This document shows, piece after piece, positions 11,533 through 24,521 of a stretch of 64,000 bases of DNA; positions within the stretch are counted from its first letter, which is position 1, and each line of letters begins with the position of its first letter. The notes beneath the pieces were generated by a model, which was not told where the DNA came from, made no database searches, and saw only the letters and a program-made list of their open reading frames with translations. Position numbers and translations under genes: made by a program. Origin of the DNA: Rhizodiscina lignyota (Eukaryota); assembly GCA_010015805.1 (NCBI GenBank), contig ML978122.1, positions 1,956,453 to 2,020,452 of the forward strand, read 5' to 3'.

Positions 11533-13359
11533 TCAATGCTCCAAGAAATACCAAGGCTGTCGGCCATCATACGGCTCGCCAGGAAACTCGAAGGGGACAT
11601 CGACACGCTCTTTGAAGACGTCCATGGAGACTTCTTCTCCCTCAATCTCCTCGACAGGAACAGGAAACAAAACGCCAGATTCCCAATTCCGTGCATTGAG
11701 TTTAGGCTCCTTACGTGTCCTATCCATCACAACTTTCCCCCATGCGCTCTCCGAAAGATTGGCACTGCCATGATAGACCCATGCAATTGGGGTCGATGTG
11801 CCGTCTGCTGCTTCTTTCTTACCGCGAATAAAGAGAATCTTGTTGTGACTCAGAAGACCAGGCCTAGAAGATCTGTAGTCTCTCATCAAAGCTTTAGGGA
11901 ACGTGGGTGCGGTGAACCATTGGCGCCGAAGGCAAATAGTACCAGCTGCGTCGGTCCCTCCGAAACTGTTCGCGACGGTCTCATGCGTAGGGAAATATAT
12001 CCGAAAGGAATCTCGGAGCTGCTGTCCCTTAGCTATTTTTCCATTTGCTGCCGCATTTAGAGATGGTCCAATGCCAGATACAGCATCGTACATGGTCTTC
12101 AAAAAGGCCTCGTTGAGGGATCCAAGAGATGAAGCGGCGAAATCGATCTGCATAGGTAAGGTTGTCTCCAGATCCAGCTGGCGGACTGCCCGACTCAGAC
12201 CCGGGTAGCCCGTTCTCTCCATGTCCTCTCCAAAATGCGACCCACCTACAGTGTGAATGAATGCCAGATGCGCCGTTGGTGAAAAATCGTACCGTAGTAT
12301 AGCTGTTTCAAGAGATTCCGGAACCTCCATACGCCTTAGAAAATAGTGTAGTTCCTGACCGAAGGGAGGAAGATCATCTACACTTTGGCTCTTCTCGCCA
12401 GAAGCGGCGAGGGGACCAGGGAGATCGATGATGAAAACGGAGTTTTCCATCCGTCCATCCTCGCCCCAGTCGTACTTTGTCAAGTTGGCGCTCGGGATGA
12501 CAATTCGCATGTAATCATCGTAAAAGAGAAGCATCAGCTTGCTGTGCATACAGTTGACCTGGCCCGGCATCGGTGGAAAGCAGATTTTGATCTTCGGATT
12601 GACTTCCTTTCCTTCTGCTAGGATTTGGTCCCGGTCTGCCTGAGTTTTTGCTTGCACTATCATGAGAAGATCTGTTCGGTTTACGTCAATCTTGCCAAAG
12701 AGCCACTCATGGTCCCAGAGGAACGAGCTCAGTGCTGCGCGCCGGAGTTGGTCCCTCTGTAAGACTTCTTCGATTTTGATGTCGTTTGCCCGGTTGTGGC
12801 TGGCTGCCCAAGTCCGCTTGATCACACCTATTGGATAGGCCAATGAGGATGTTGGGTGTGATATCGAGTCTTTTCCAGAATCAACAGTGGCATGTTCCCC
12901 TAACTCGGCCTTGGGTTGGGGAGTGTTCTCGGCTTCCAAATCGATAACCTCTGAAGGGCCTTTCGTTTCTGCTGGCACACTGCTGGGGCCTTCAACCCTC
13001 CTCCTCTTATATGTCTTTTCTCCGCTTCTTCGTGATGGGGGTGGAGATATTGACGACGTCGAACGCTGTCGCCTCGCAGTTCTTGCAAGCCTTTCCTGTT
13101 CCATAGCCTTCCGATTGAGGCCATGGATTCCTTTGGGAGAAAGCATCCGCTCACGTGAGCTATTATGAGCTGACTGATATCCCGAGTCAGTTTCGACTCT
13201 GCTCATATTCTGTGGTGGCGCATCACATTCATCGAGGTCAATAACATGCGGCGTTCCAGCAGTGTTGTCATTCCCGCTCTTGAGTTGAGGGCTGCTCGGG
13301 ATCTCAAGTGACATTTTAATAGCGAGTTGAAGCTCTTCATCTTCACTAGACTCTGCCAT
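11533..13359 (-). CDS. Tyrosyl-DNA phosphodiesterase (Tdp1/PLD superfamily) domain protein with an N-terminal UIM
   Basis: 608-aa ORF with two HKN-type motifs (MHSKLMLL...SANL and HNK...GSANLS). UIM-like EDEELQLAIKMSL. Confidence 0.88.
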   Translation of the reverse strand: MAESSEDEELQLAIKMSLEIPSSPQLKSGNDNTAGTPHVIDLDECDAPPQNMSRVETDSGYQSAHNSSRERMLSPKGIHGLNRKAMEQERLARTARRQRSTSSISPPPSRRSGEKTYKRRRVEGPSSVPAETKGPSEVIDLEAENTPQPKAELGEHATVDSGKDSISHPTSSLAYPIGVIKRTWAASHNRANDIKIEEVLQRDQLRRAALSSFLWDHEWLFGKIDVNRTDLLMIVQAKTQADRDQILAEGKEVNPKIKICFPPMPGQVNCMHSKLMLLFYDDYMRIVIPSANLTKYDWGEDGRMENSVFIIDLPGPLAASGEKSQSVDDLPPFGQELHYFLRRMEVPESLETAILRYDFSPTAHLAFIHTVGGSHFGEDMERTGYPGLSRAVRQLDLETTLPMQIDFAASSLGSLNEAFLKTMYDAVSGIGPSLNAAANGKIAKGQQLRDSFRIYFPTHETVANSFGGTDAAGTICLRRQWFTAPTFPKALMRDYRSSRPGLLSHNKILFIRGKKEAADGTSTPIAWVYHGSANLSESAWGKVVMDRTRKEPKLNARNWESGVLFPVPVEEIEGEEVSMDVFKERVDVPFEFPGEPYDGRQPWYFLEH

Positions 13360-13596
13360 GTCTCGGCGGTCCCAGGTGTGGGCATAAAGAGTGTGGAAGA
13401 ATGTTGTAACTTCAATCGCGAGAAGTCGCGCTATGTAACAGATATCCTATTTAGGTTTAGCGCATTTATTGAAACCCCACCAGAACCTCGATAAATTCAC
13501 GGTGACTCGGCTACGCGGTTTGAATTTCTTAATGTAACTACTACACAGAACCGTATTTGATGTCCTAATAGTTGCATATCGCGCTGTAGTCTCCAT

Positions 13597-14025
13597 TTAC
13601 ATCTTCGGAATCCTCTTGATTCCCTCCGGCAGCTCAACCCACTCCGGTCTCTCACTATCAAATATCGCAGCCTTTGGCTTAAACAGTGAGGCATCATCCA
13701 GTGTCCCAGCATAGACCGTGTGCTCATCGTCAACCGCATACTCTCCTCCAAAAATTAAACTACCACAGTTGATACAGAAGTTTCGCACGGCTGGCGTCCC
13801 ACTATCAGACAGACTCGTGTATTGTTGTAGATTTGATGTATTCGTGATGGTCAACGAGGAAGCCGGAAAGCCCATGAATGGGACGAATCCACTGCCACTG
13901 GCCTTGCGGCAAGAATTGCAGCAGCAGTAACCGCTGAAGTTGGGCTCGGTCGTCGAAGTCCAGCGGACAGTGCCGCAGAGACATGAGCCAGTGTATTTGG
14001 AGCGTGAAGGCGTTGTTTCTGCCAT
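13597..14025 (-). CDS. GFA/CENP-V (Mss4-like) zinc protein
   Basis: GSCLCG...CCCNSCRKASG...RNFCINCGS pattern. Confidence 0.88.
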   Translation of the reverse strand: MAETTPSRSKYTGSCLCGTVRWTSTTEPNFSGYCCCNSCRKASGSGFVPFMGFPASSLTITNTSNLQQYTSLSDSGTPAVRNFCINCGSLIFGGEYAVDDEHTVYAGTLDDASLFKPKAAIFDSERPEWVELPEGIKRIPKM

Positions 14026-14642
14026 CTTGGAATAAAATGTGTCTGAAGGCTAGATGGAATGCTGGCGTTGGTGAGAATTACGTCGTACTTCTCTATAACG
14101 ATCGATTTAAAATTCTACAACTTTCAAAAGAGACGAGAACAAACAATTATATATATATGAGGGATGGGATGGATACCAGGCAAGCGTTATCGCGTTGGTG
14201 CCTGGAGTTGTGCCTGTAGTCACGAAGTACCGCTAGGCACCACGTTGAGAATCAAGATCACTCAGATATGATTTCTAATTTCTGTTTGAAATAATTTTCG
14301 AGGTTTGTAGATAATCCTGGGCCCTTCCTTTCATAAACAATCCTATCTCAGTGCCTCAGAGTGTCCACGTGACCTCTCGCTTTTTGGTTGTGATGAAGGA
14401 AATAGACTTGAGGAGGTCCAGGGCGAAAGGGATTCTCTGCTGAAAGTCTTGTCATGCAACTTAACTGGATATCATATCTCCGCTCTCATGACACTCATCA
14501 ACGTCGTTCCTATTTCCCATGCACCAACCACATAAACGGCATAAGAACTTTTCGTTTCTCATCTCCATTGTGCGTCAAATCGCCCCCCAAAACGCCTTCA
14601 TGAACAGCTCCTGTAGCGTCCACAATGATACAGGAGTCACAA

Positions 14643-16386
14643 CTAGTAACTCCTCCCAAACATGACCCACTTCTTCGCCACGTCTTTACAATTCGGATTG
14701 GTGCATTTGTCACCCTCCACCAAACCATCCGGCTGCTCGAACGGAATGCACAGACTCTTCGCCCCCATGCTCGGAGCTCGCGCGTCCTCAGCAGCACTAT
14801 CGCCCGCTGTCGTCCTTGCACTCATCGCCTTGATCTCATCCTCGCACTTCTCGCCAAGACAGTGCCTGATCAGACATACATTCTTATTGTTGAGCGTCGG
14901 TACAAAGTCGTCCCACTCGCGAATGATCTTGCGATGGGAAGCATAGGCTTCTGATGCGCGGTTGAAGAGGTCGCTTTGGATCTTGAGGAGGAGTTCGGGG
15001 ACGGCGGTGGCGATGGACTCGAGGGGTAGCGTATCTTTGCCTTCCACGTCACGGCGGGAGAAAGTCGCCACGCCCTTCTCGAGATCTTTAGGTCCGATTT
15101 CAAGACGCAGCGGGACACCTTTGAGTTCCCAGTCGTTGAACTTCCAGCCCGGAGAATAGCCTTCTCGGTTATCGAGCTCGATACGCAGCGGGAGGTCCCA
15201 AGCGGAGCCCTTCTGTAGCGCCTCATAGGCCTTGTTGATTCCGCCATACAGCTTCTCCTTATCCTCATCGGTAGTCTTCGCAGTGACGCCTACAGGAACG
15301 ATGACGACTTGAATGTCTGCTACACGCGGCGGGATGACAAGACCCTTATTGTCGCCGTGAGTGAGGATCATCACGCCGATACTGCGTGTTGTGAGGCCCC
15401 AGCTGTTCTGCTGCACGAAGACCGGGGGTTTCTTCTCGCCACCTTCTCTCGTGGACGGATCCTCGACTGTGATTCCGTACATCTTGCTGAAATGTTGGCC
15501 TAGACAGTGACTGGTACCCGCCTGAATACCTCGACCTGTACTAGCAATGAAGCCTTCGATGGTCGTGGTGTACTCGGCTCCTGGAAACTTCTCGGCCTCG
15601 GTCTTCCGCCCCTTTACCACTGGGACAGCGAGCAACTCTTCGTAAATGCCCGTATACCAATCAAGGATCTGCAGCACTTCTTTGCCAGCCTCCTCGAGCG
15701 TCAGGTGGGCCGTGTGTCCTTCTTGCCAGAGGAACTCGCGTGACCGAATAAACGGCATCGGGTGCTTGAACTCCCAGCGTACGACGTTGTTCCATTGGTT
15801 GAGTTTGAGGGGAAGATCGCGATGTGATTGGATTGATTTGGCGTAGTAACCGTACATAGCTGTTTCCGAGGTCGGACGGACTGCTACCGGCTTCTCGAGG
15901 TCTGACTTGCCGCTGTGTAGTTCCTATATCAGCCAAATTGAAAAGTCACAACGACCAGCGATCATCGTAAACATACCCTTTCGTCACCCACGCAACCTCA
16001 GCTGCAAAACCCTCGATGTGGTCCTTCTCCTTCTGCAGATTATCCTGTGATATAAAAATAGGGAAATAGCAATTCTTCACGCCAATTGTCTGAATCTTCG
16101 CGTCGAACCAACTCTTTATGATCTCCCATATTGAGTACGATGCCGGCAGCAGGATGTAGCATCCCGATACGTCATAGAAATCTATCATCTTTCCCTTTGT
16201 GAGCACCTGCTGATACCACTCGGCCAAATCATCGTCTTTCGCGACATCGATGCCTATGAGTGCAGCGCCCTCTATTTTCTTCTTCGGCGCAGACTTGGCC
16301 TTCGGTTCTTGTGCAGGCTTCTCCTTCTTCTCCTTCTTTTCCTTCTTCGAGCGCTCCGGGATCTTGGCTTTTGCTTCGTCGGCCAT
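14643..16386 (-). CDS. Cytosolic prolyl-tRNA synthetase
   Basis: Intron at 15976-15913. Motifs HIEGFAAEVAWVT, RPTSET, SREFLWQEGHT, GIQAGTSHCLGQ and the C-terminal FGRSY. Confidence 0.97.
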
Positions 16387-16465
16387 ATTGGGCAGCTATA
16401 GGGAGCTTTTGGGGGCTTGCGGGGTAGCCTTCCTCGAGACTGAATATATGATAAATGCAATTGCG

Positions 16466-16530
16466 CTACAAACAATGTTAGTTGAGTGACTCTCAAAGCT
16501 CCTATATATTTTGCGCAAAGATTGACTCAC
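16466..16530 (-). other. Probable 5'-UTR intron of the ProRS gene
   Basis: Minus strand GTGAGT...CTAAC...TGTAG upstream of the ATG at 16386. Confidence 0.6.
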
Positions 16531-16752
16531 TGTTTGGGGGCTGTGTTAATTTCCAGCTCTTAGTAGAGTCACAGCAGTGAATCTGAGGCGCGGTGCTGGA
16601 GCTCCCCAGTCGGCAAAAATTAATTCCGATCCGGCCAAAAGTTCGCGTCGACGCGACTTTTGGTGAAGAATATCTCAACCTTGGCCGTGCAATACAAACC
16701 CGTGGAAAGCATTCAACTGGTCAAGGCTCCTGAAGAGCAAGGATTACAAACA

Positions 16753-18633
16753 ATGGCCAGCATATTTGAACAGCCGCGAGAAGGCGGTACACTTTGTGAG
16801 TCCCCAATATCAAACTTCTGCCTCCTTCAAAGCTCTTCTGTACCTTCAGAAAGCACCTAGCTAACACTTGATGTCAACGTAGTCCTTGGTGGGTCGAAGA
16901 TCACAGGACAAGATGTCCGCGATCAGAATGTCCTTGCGACTCAAGCTATTGCAAATGTCGTCAAATCCTCCTTCGGACCGTCAGGGCTAGACAAGATGAT
17001 GGTCGACGACATTGGTGACGTGACTGTAACGAACGACGGCGCGACTATTCTTTCTCTCCTCGATGTCGAACACCCTGCGGGTAAGATGTTGGTAGATCTG
17101 GCGCAGCAACAGGACCGAGAAGTTGGAGATGGCACCACAAGCGTTGTTCTAATCGCGGCGGAGCTTTTGCGTAGAGCGAACGAGTTGATGAAGAATCGAA
17201 TACATCCCACAACGATCATAACAGGCTACAGACTGGCTTTAAGAGAAGCGGTGCGGTACATGAGCGAGAACATAAGTGTAAAAGTGGAGAACCTTGGACG
17301 AGAGTCTCTCGTCAACATCGCGAAGACGTCCATGTCCAGTAAAATCATTGGCTCGGATTCCGACTTCTTCGCCAATATGGTCGTTGATGCCATGCAAGCG
17401 GTCAAATCAACGAACCCTAAGGGCGAAATCAAATACCCTGTCAAAGCGGTCAACATCCTTAAAGCGCACGGGCAGAGCGCCACCGAGTCAATACTGGTCA
17501 AGGGCTATGCACTCAACTGCACAGTTGCAAGTCAAGCCATGAGAACTCAAATCAAGGACGCCAAAATTGCATGTCTGGACATGAACCTGCAGAAGGAGCG
17601 GATGAAGCTTGGTGTACATATTACGATTGACGACCCAACCCAGCTCGAGAAGATCCGTGAGAGAGAAGCAGGGATCGTTATGGAGCGCGTGGAAATGATT
17701 CTCAAGGCAGGAGCAAATGTGGTTTTGACCACCAAGGGTATTGACGACCTCTGCCTGAAAATGTTCATCGAGAAGGGTGCTATGGGCGTACGGAGGTGCA
17801 AGAAAGAGGATCTCCGGAGGATCGCAAAAGCTACCGGAGCAACGCTTATCAGCACTCTCTCTGACCTTAATGGAGACGAGAAGTTCGAACCTTCATCACT
17901 GGGTTTTGCAGAAGAAGTGGTGCAGGAAACAATATCAGAGGACGAGTGCATCCTCGTCAAAGGCACAAAAGTCCACTCCTCCGCCTCCATCATCCTCCGC
18001 GGCCCGAACGAGTACTCTCTCGATGAAATGGAACGCTCTGTACACGACTCCCTCTCCGCTGTAAAGCGCACTCTTGAGTCCGGACGCATAGTGCCTGGTG
18101 GCGGCGCAGTTGAGACAGCGTTACATATCTATCTGGAGGAATGGGCGCGCTCAGTAGGCTCCCGCGAGCAGCTTGCCATCGGCGAGTTCGCACAGGCGCT
18201 GCTTGCCATTCCGAAAACGCTCGCCGTCAACGCTGCAAAGGATGCATCGGAGTTGGTCGCGCAACTGCGCAGCCGACATGCGCTTGCCCAGTCTACTATC
18301 AATGACCCAGCCTTTGCCAGTACTGCGCACCCCTCCACCCCCCCTGCAGCTGACGGTCACGCTCCTCCTCCTCGCTCACCTGGTAAACCCGGCACAGGAG
18401 TAACAGAGGACGAAAAGGCGATTGCCAAGAAGAAGAACTACAAGAATTACGGCCTGGACTTGGTGAGGGGACGTGTGGTGGATCAGGTGAAGGCCGGTGT
18501 GCTGGAGCCCAGCATGAGCAAGGTGAAGCAGCTGAAGAGCGCGGTAGAGGCGTGCGTCGCGATCATGCGAATTGATACTATGATCAAACTAGATCCGGAG
18601 CAAAGGGGAGAGGATGATGGACACGGACATTGA
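16753..18633 (+). CDS. CCT1: T-complex protein 1 subunit alpha (CCT/TRiC chaperonin)
   Basis: Intron at 16796-16882. Motifs [29 protein letters not shown] and VPGGGAVE. Confidence 0.97.
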
Positions 18634-18979
18634 TGAGGATGTACTAAAGACAGCATGGGCTGGCGCTGGGGAGTGGATTGTTCATATACCACATCATACG
18701 TGTCTTCCAATGGACCTGATCAAAATTCCGTTTCTGCTTTCAGACCCCAGCGTCACGATTTTAAATTGGGAATAGGTATTCAAAGTGATCCTTTAGTGTG
18801 ACGATACAGCCTGGCAGGAGGTGCCAAGAGTTTTCTTGGCATGCGCGTTTAGGCCGAACGATCGGTCCACAGCGTCACATTGCAGCCTTCAGCCTTCCAT
18901 AAATTTGCACTCCATCTTGCCTCATAGATTCACTCATCTACAATAAACTTGCTCTTGACTAATCCTTCAATTCGCAATC

Positions 18980-19474
18980 ATGGGCTCCGTCGTGTTGCCT
19001 CATCTTGTCACTGCTTGGCATGTCGACCAAGCCATCATGAGCGAGGAGGAGCGCCTCGTCGTTATTCGCTTTGGCCGTGATTGGGATCCCGACTGCATGC
19101 GCCAGGATGAAGTCCTCTATCGTAAGTTCTTCTTTACGAGATCTCCCTTCTATTGTGCTTTTATCTTACTGACAAACTGAGCAGGCATCGCCGACCGCGT
19201 CAAGAACTTTGCCGTCATCTACGTCTGCGATCTCGACCAGGTGCCAGACTTCAAGCAGATGTACGAGCTCTACGATCCGATGACCATCATGTTCTTCTTC
19301 CGGAACAAACACATGATGTGTGATTTCGGCACGGGCAACAACAACAAGCTGAACTGGGTATTGGAGGACAAGCAGGAGCTGATTGACATCATCGAGACGA
19401 TCTATCGGGGAGCAAAGAAGGGTCGGGGTCTGGTAGTCAGCCCAAAGGACTACTCGACCCGCTATCGATACTAG
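18980..19474 (+). CDS. DIB1: U5 snRNP thioredoxin-like protein Dib1/Dim1
   Basis: Intron at 19122-19184. MGSVVLPHL...VVIRFG...GRGLVVSPKDYSTRYRY. Confidence 0.97.
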
Positions 19475-20105
19475 TGACGGCCTTGGTCGCCTGGCAACAA
19501 ACTACAGAAAGTGGACGAATTCGGCACCCGTTCGTGATATGCCACATCGACGACTGGCATATGGTCATTTATCTAGGCTGCCGATGAAACTCTACATAAG
19601 CGTCAATACGACGGATGATGGAATGAGCCGGCGAACCCAAGGAATTATCTGAAGGACCGGCAAGGCGTTTGGCTGAAAGTGGGAAAGGAAGGAATGGTTT
19701 TGGTTGGTCTCACTCAAGCAACATGACTCTCAGAACTTAACATGCTAATACGAAATGGTTCCTTAAGACTTATACCTTTTTTCGTAAGTGTCCTAGAGGA
19801 AACTACTTACTTGAAGATGTGAAGTTTTGAAGTCGATGCAACTGCACGAAGAGACGGTACCTGCCGTCGAAGCCATCCTCAACGTTGAGCTAAAGACGCT
19901 GCCAGACTTCGGGCTTGGGCGTTCTAACAGCACAGTAAATGTCAAGGTAAAGCGCCCAATCCGTATCCGGTGATTTTCATAAGGTAGCGCAAGCTGAATG
20001 AGTGGATCCCGCGCGGTATCGAGCGCATCCTCTATATTTACAGCATTCGTCTATCATAATAGTTTACATATCTTACAACAACCTTGGTCATATCTATGTA
20101 CACTT

Positions 20106-23026
20106 TTAGCTTGCAGAAGCTCCAGCGCGATTCTCCTTCTGTGCCATTTGTTCGCGAAAGACCTGGAAAGTCGGCGTTTGTGCTGTTTGTGAGCTCTCTG
20201 CAGCCTGCTGGTGGGTTTTGGTATCCAGATCGTCGGGGGTCGGCGTCGAGTGTTGGCCTATATCATCGGTGGATGCCATCGTATCTGCTCCTTCATATTC
20301 AGGCCTCCCAAACGCCTCATTGATCACCTGGACCTCTGTCGCTCTGCCTCGTGCACTGTCGTAGTCAAGCTCAAAGGTGTCACCTGCACCCGCGTTTTCT
20401 TCCACCGATCTGGCTTCAAGATCAGGTTCCGCTCCCTTTCCTTTGCTAGCTACGTTCCCAGTCTTTTCAATATCATCATTCTCTTCGTCTTCTTCTTCAT
20501 CCAACATCTCCTTCTGCCCCTGCTCATCCATATTCTCATACGTCTTCTGGATCTCCTGTAAGGCCGATTGTTCTCTAGCCACCAGCTCCCTTTGGACCCT
20601 CATCCTGTGCCTCGACCTCTCGTTAAAGCTCATCTTTGCAATGGTCTCCTCGATCTTCTTCTCCACCAAGCCTTTCACATATAATGCGAGCTGCCTCGTG
20701 GAGAAGATGCCACTGAACCGGTAGCTTAGCCACAAATACAAAATGATATCCTTGTGCAACCTTTCTAGCCTCCGCAACGATGAACGTTCACCATCAGCGG
20801 GCTGCTCTAGAAGCTCGAGTTGCAGTTGCTCAGGTGGAAGGTCGAGAAGCGACCCACCCTTCTGATCTGCGACACAACGCGCAAGAGAGACCAGAAGCTC
20901 TCCAGGATCCTTACTCACAGGAGCAGCACAGAATATGATGCGGTCGGTGGTACTGAGGCCCTCTACCTTCTGAATCAAGTCTGCAACTAGGATGGCATCG
21001 CGGAGTCCGCATAGGTGAAAGCGAGAGCTCGTTCGTGATATCTCATGCAAACGGAGAAGGATGTAGCTGAAGGGAGTGCCGGGAGGGAAATATGAGCTGA
21101 AGCGCTCGACGACTGAGGATGGAGGGAATAGTCCGGCGGATGTGATAGGTTCGGCCTCCATTTTCAGGCGATCTGTGATGACGGGATAGTCGAAAGCGTA
21201 AAGCGTAGTGACCAGACCAGTCGTTGAACGGTCAGAAGAGCGCAGCGAAGTTGAAGGCTTGGGCAGAATAGTGGAGTTCTCATCTCTCGCGTGGAAGTTT
21301 GCACTTCCGGTTGCTCCCTCAATCTCACCCGAATCGAAGATAAGATCTCGTTCATCCTTTGCCGGCGCCGAACGCTGTGATGAAAGTGCAACATTGTCCG
21401 CTGGTGGTTCAATAATCTCCGTTTTCGGCTCCACTTCAGGGGGGGTAGCATCTAGATTCGATGCGGCTTCCTTATTGTCTTGGAGTGAGGTGCGGTAGCG
21501 TCCAGCTCTTCCAGCAATCTGTTTGATTTGAGAAACGGTGAGCGTCTTCATTGCCGAACCGTCATTTTTCTGGCTGGACTCGAAAATGATGCGCTTAATG
21601 CTCAAGTTCAAACCCATCCCTATGGCATCGCTTGCCACGAGGAAATCGTAATTGTTGTCAGGATCGTTGAAAAGCCGAGCTTGCTGCGCTCGAGTCTCTG
21701 GGGGCAAGCTGCCGTAGACAATTGCCACATTCTTCCCCGTGGTCTGTTCAATCTGCTTTCGTAGTGCGTGTATGCCGAGAATTGAGAAACTGACGATGCA
21801 GTCGCCCTTGCGCAGCTTATGTAGACGACCACCTAAATGCCGGGGATCTGTTTCAAGTGGAGTGAGGCGTTCATAACGGTGTATTTCCAGACTGTCTCCC
21901 ATTAAGGCCACCAGTTCCTTTATCAAAGGAACAGCCCTCTCCTCGCCACAGAGATGGACCTCCTTTGCCCTTACCCCTAGTAACGCCTGGGTCCAGGCCC
22001 ATCCACGGTCATTGTCGCCGATCATTTGGATTTCGTCGACAACAGCAACATCCATACGATTACTGCAATCCATCATCTCCACTGTACAGCTGATAAGATT
22101 GGGCTTGTCTCCATAGTCGGGAATTCTCCTCTCTTCGCCAGTCACAAGCATACAGTTCTTGCCTTTCGCGTTCATCCGTGTGTACACCTCATGAGCTAGC
22201 AGTCTGAGAGGGCCAGCATAGACGCCAGTCGCAGCCTTCTCGAGGGCCTTTAATGCGTGATATGTTTTCCCCGAGTTCGTCGGCCCAACATGGAGATGGA
22301 TCTTTCGCTGCAGTTCGCGTGTAGCTGGGTACCATTCTAGGGGGTATCTCAGGTCCGCCAGATCTTTTTGGTTTCGTAGCTCTATAGCGGAGAACCTCTT
22401 TGTCGCGATATGTCCATAGAACGTAGATTTGAGCTGTGCCTCAAACGCTGCCCAGCCATTCTCTTTGTACATTGTATGCATGGCTCGGATGAATTGTGGC
22501 CCAGATTCGAGGGTTTTGCGGTTCAGAGCTACTCCAATTGAGCTATTGAGGAGAAGTTTGAACTCGTTGAGCTGCTTGCAGAGTTCTTCAACGCTGAGCC
22601 CTAAACTGTACTGGCTATCCCATTCTGGAAGCTGTGTTTCTAGCCGAGCAAGTCCTCTCTGAAGTACATCTGAGAAATCTTCATTCTTTCGTTCATTCTT
22701 TCCTAAGACATTTGCGGGTCTGATAGTGATGGAACCCTTATTGTAGGCGGTTAAGCGTGCGGAAGGGTCGCGAATACTCCGTGTAATATCGTTTTTCTAA
22801 CTCGACAGCATCAGCACCTAAGAACCCCTAAAGACCGTCGATGAAGAGAGGTTTGGGGTCTTACTCCGTGCATCGCACCAACATATCTGATATTCTGCGA
22901 AACTCTCTTGCTTGTTGTATAAGTCGCGGCAGCGCGTTGACCGGTGCGGTTGGAGGTTGAAGCCCGCCATGATTGTCTGAAGGCGCAGAAGACACACTGG
23001 CCTGCCTGCAGAGGCCTTCGTTGCAT
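20106..23026 (-). CDS. SUV3: Mitochondrial ATP-dependent RNA helicase Suv3
   Basis: GPTNSGKT, DEIQM, ASDAIGMGLN and QIAGRAGR. Exon 1 (23026-22865) encodes an Arg-rich presequence-like peptide; intron at 22864-22797. Confidence 0.93.
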
Positions 23027-24521
23027 GCCCCAGGCCACAAGAAGGCAGATTCCTCGTCGTTAAGAAGTACAGCGACGTTGTGTTTGGACGTTCAGCGAAG
23101 CATCTGAGTAGATGTAGAGCTCTTTCAATTGGAGACATCAGAAAAGTATCGTGGCTTGAACTGTGGCTGACGCCACAACCTTCCCCGGCCTTCCCTGGAT
23201 TGCCCTGTCATCTCGGCAGAGATCACCGTATCTTGCTTTCACAGTTTCACTTCGCTACGTGACATTTGTCTCTATCTTCTTATACTTTTCATTTCTACTT
23301 CTTTGCGTTCCTTCAATAGGTCCCCCCCGGCCAACATATCTGCGAGAGACGTGACGCGCTGTATGACAGGCGTTCCTCGTCATCACTTGTCGAGGGAACA
23401 AAGCAATTATTTGCTCTATGTTTAACAGCTTCCAATAGGAGCTCTAACTAGCCCACTCGTTCTCCACGGCGAATTGGTAGAGAAAGATGGTTCCGGTTGA
23501 GCATGTCGCCAAGGCCCTCCTGGCCAGATAGAAATATATCGAATATTGTCCGGACCACGGGTACTGTGCATTTTCGTCAGTCTATTCGAAAACTTCATCG
23601 ACGATGTTTGAAGCGAGATGCATGGACGACTTTGGGGAGTTTGTTTCAGGATAGAAACTTTGCCCTGGAAAGGTGGTGTCACGCTGAGAGCCAGTTGGAA
23701 AGAAGGCCGAAGAAAAGAACGTGAGCAGCACGCCGGCCAAAAAATGGCAGAATTAAGAATAGACTATTATTTCTATTTCGCACATTTCCAGATGGGCAGC
23801 CTTCTGATTGATCTTCGTTCTTCAATTCACTATAGTCTGGCCCCTTTTCGTCCAACCCGGCCACATAGACATATCCAGTGTGTTTTTGATGGGCTCGAAT
23901 AACGGTATGATGAAAATATTTATAAGGCCACGCGGTACTTGGAAGGGAGATAATGAGATTTGTGGTATTGCTCATGAGACGAAAGGCCGCTTCATCGAAT
24001 CATCACTTTTGGCGCTTGTTAACAACATCCAGGCTATCCATAGCAGTGACGAGAAAGGAAGTCGCAAAGACCATGCAACGCAGAGATTACTGGAATACGG
24101 TTATACGAATACTACTACTAAGGAACAAACTGTCATCCTTCCTTTGATCTGGACTCAACCGATACGCCTATCTCCGCTTACATGATTACATCAGCGGCTA
24201 GCCTTCCTTTAGCACGCTCGTTTATGCCCTCTGCTGTTCAGCTTAACTGCAGTGTCATGTTCGTTAGCGTTGGAAGCCATCCAATATCCACTTTGCTGTT
24301 GTGCATCCGCAGAGCACAGGCTCTGCCTCAAACTCTCAGATGTACGACTCAGGAGTTGGGGCGCTTACTGTTCTCGCTCGAGAAAACCCTCCTACTTGTG
24401 AGTGAGGGCTATGAGAGACTGTAGTGGGAGCGAGATTTGCCTGAACAATCTCCGTAAGTTTGGCGCAGTTGAACAGAAAGGATGTTAATTAAACAAACGT
24501 GACACTGTCTAGGTATTCGAA

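Noticed and set aside
23400..24430. Short ORFs between SUV3 and the monooxygenase
   Set aside because: No recognisable motifs and no consistent exon chain.
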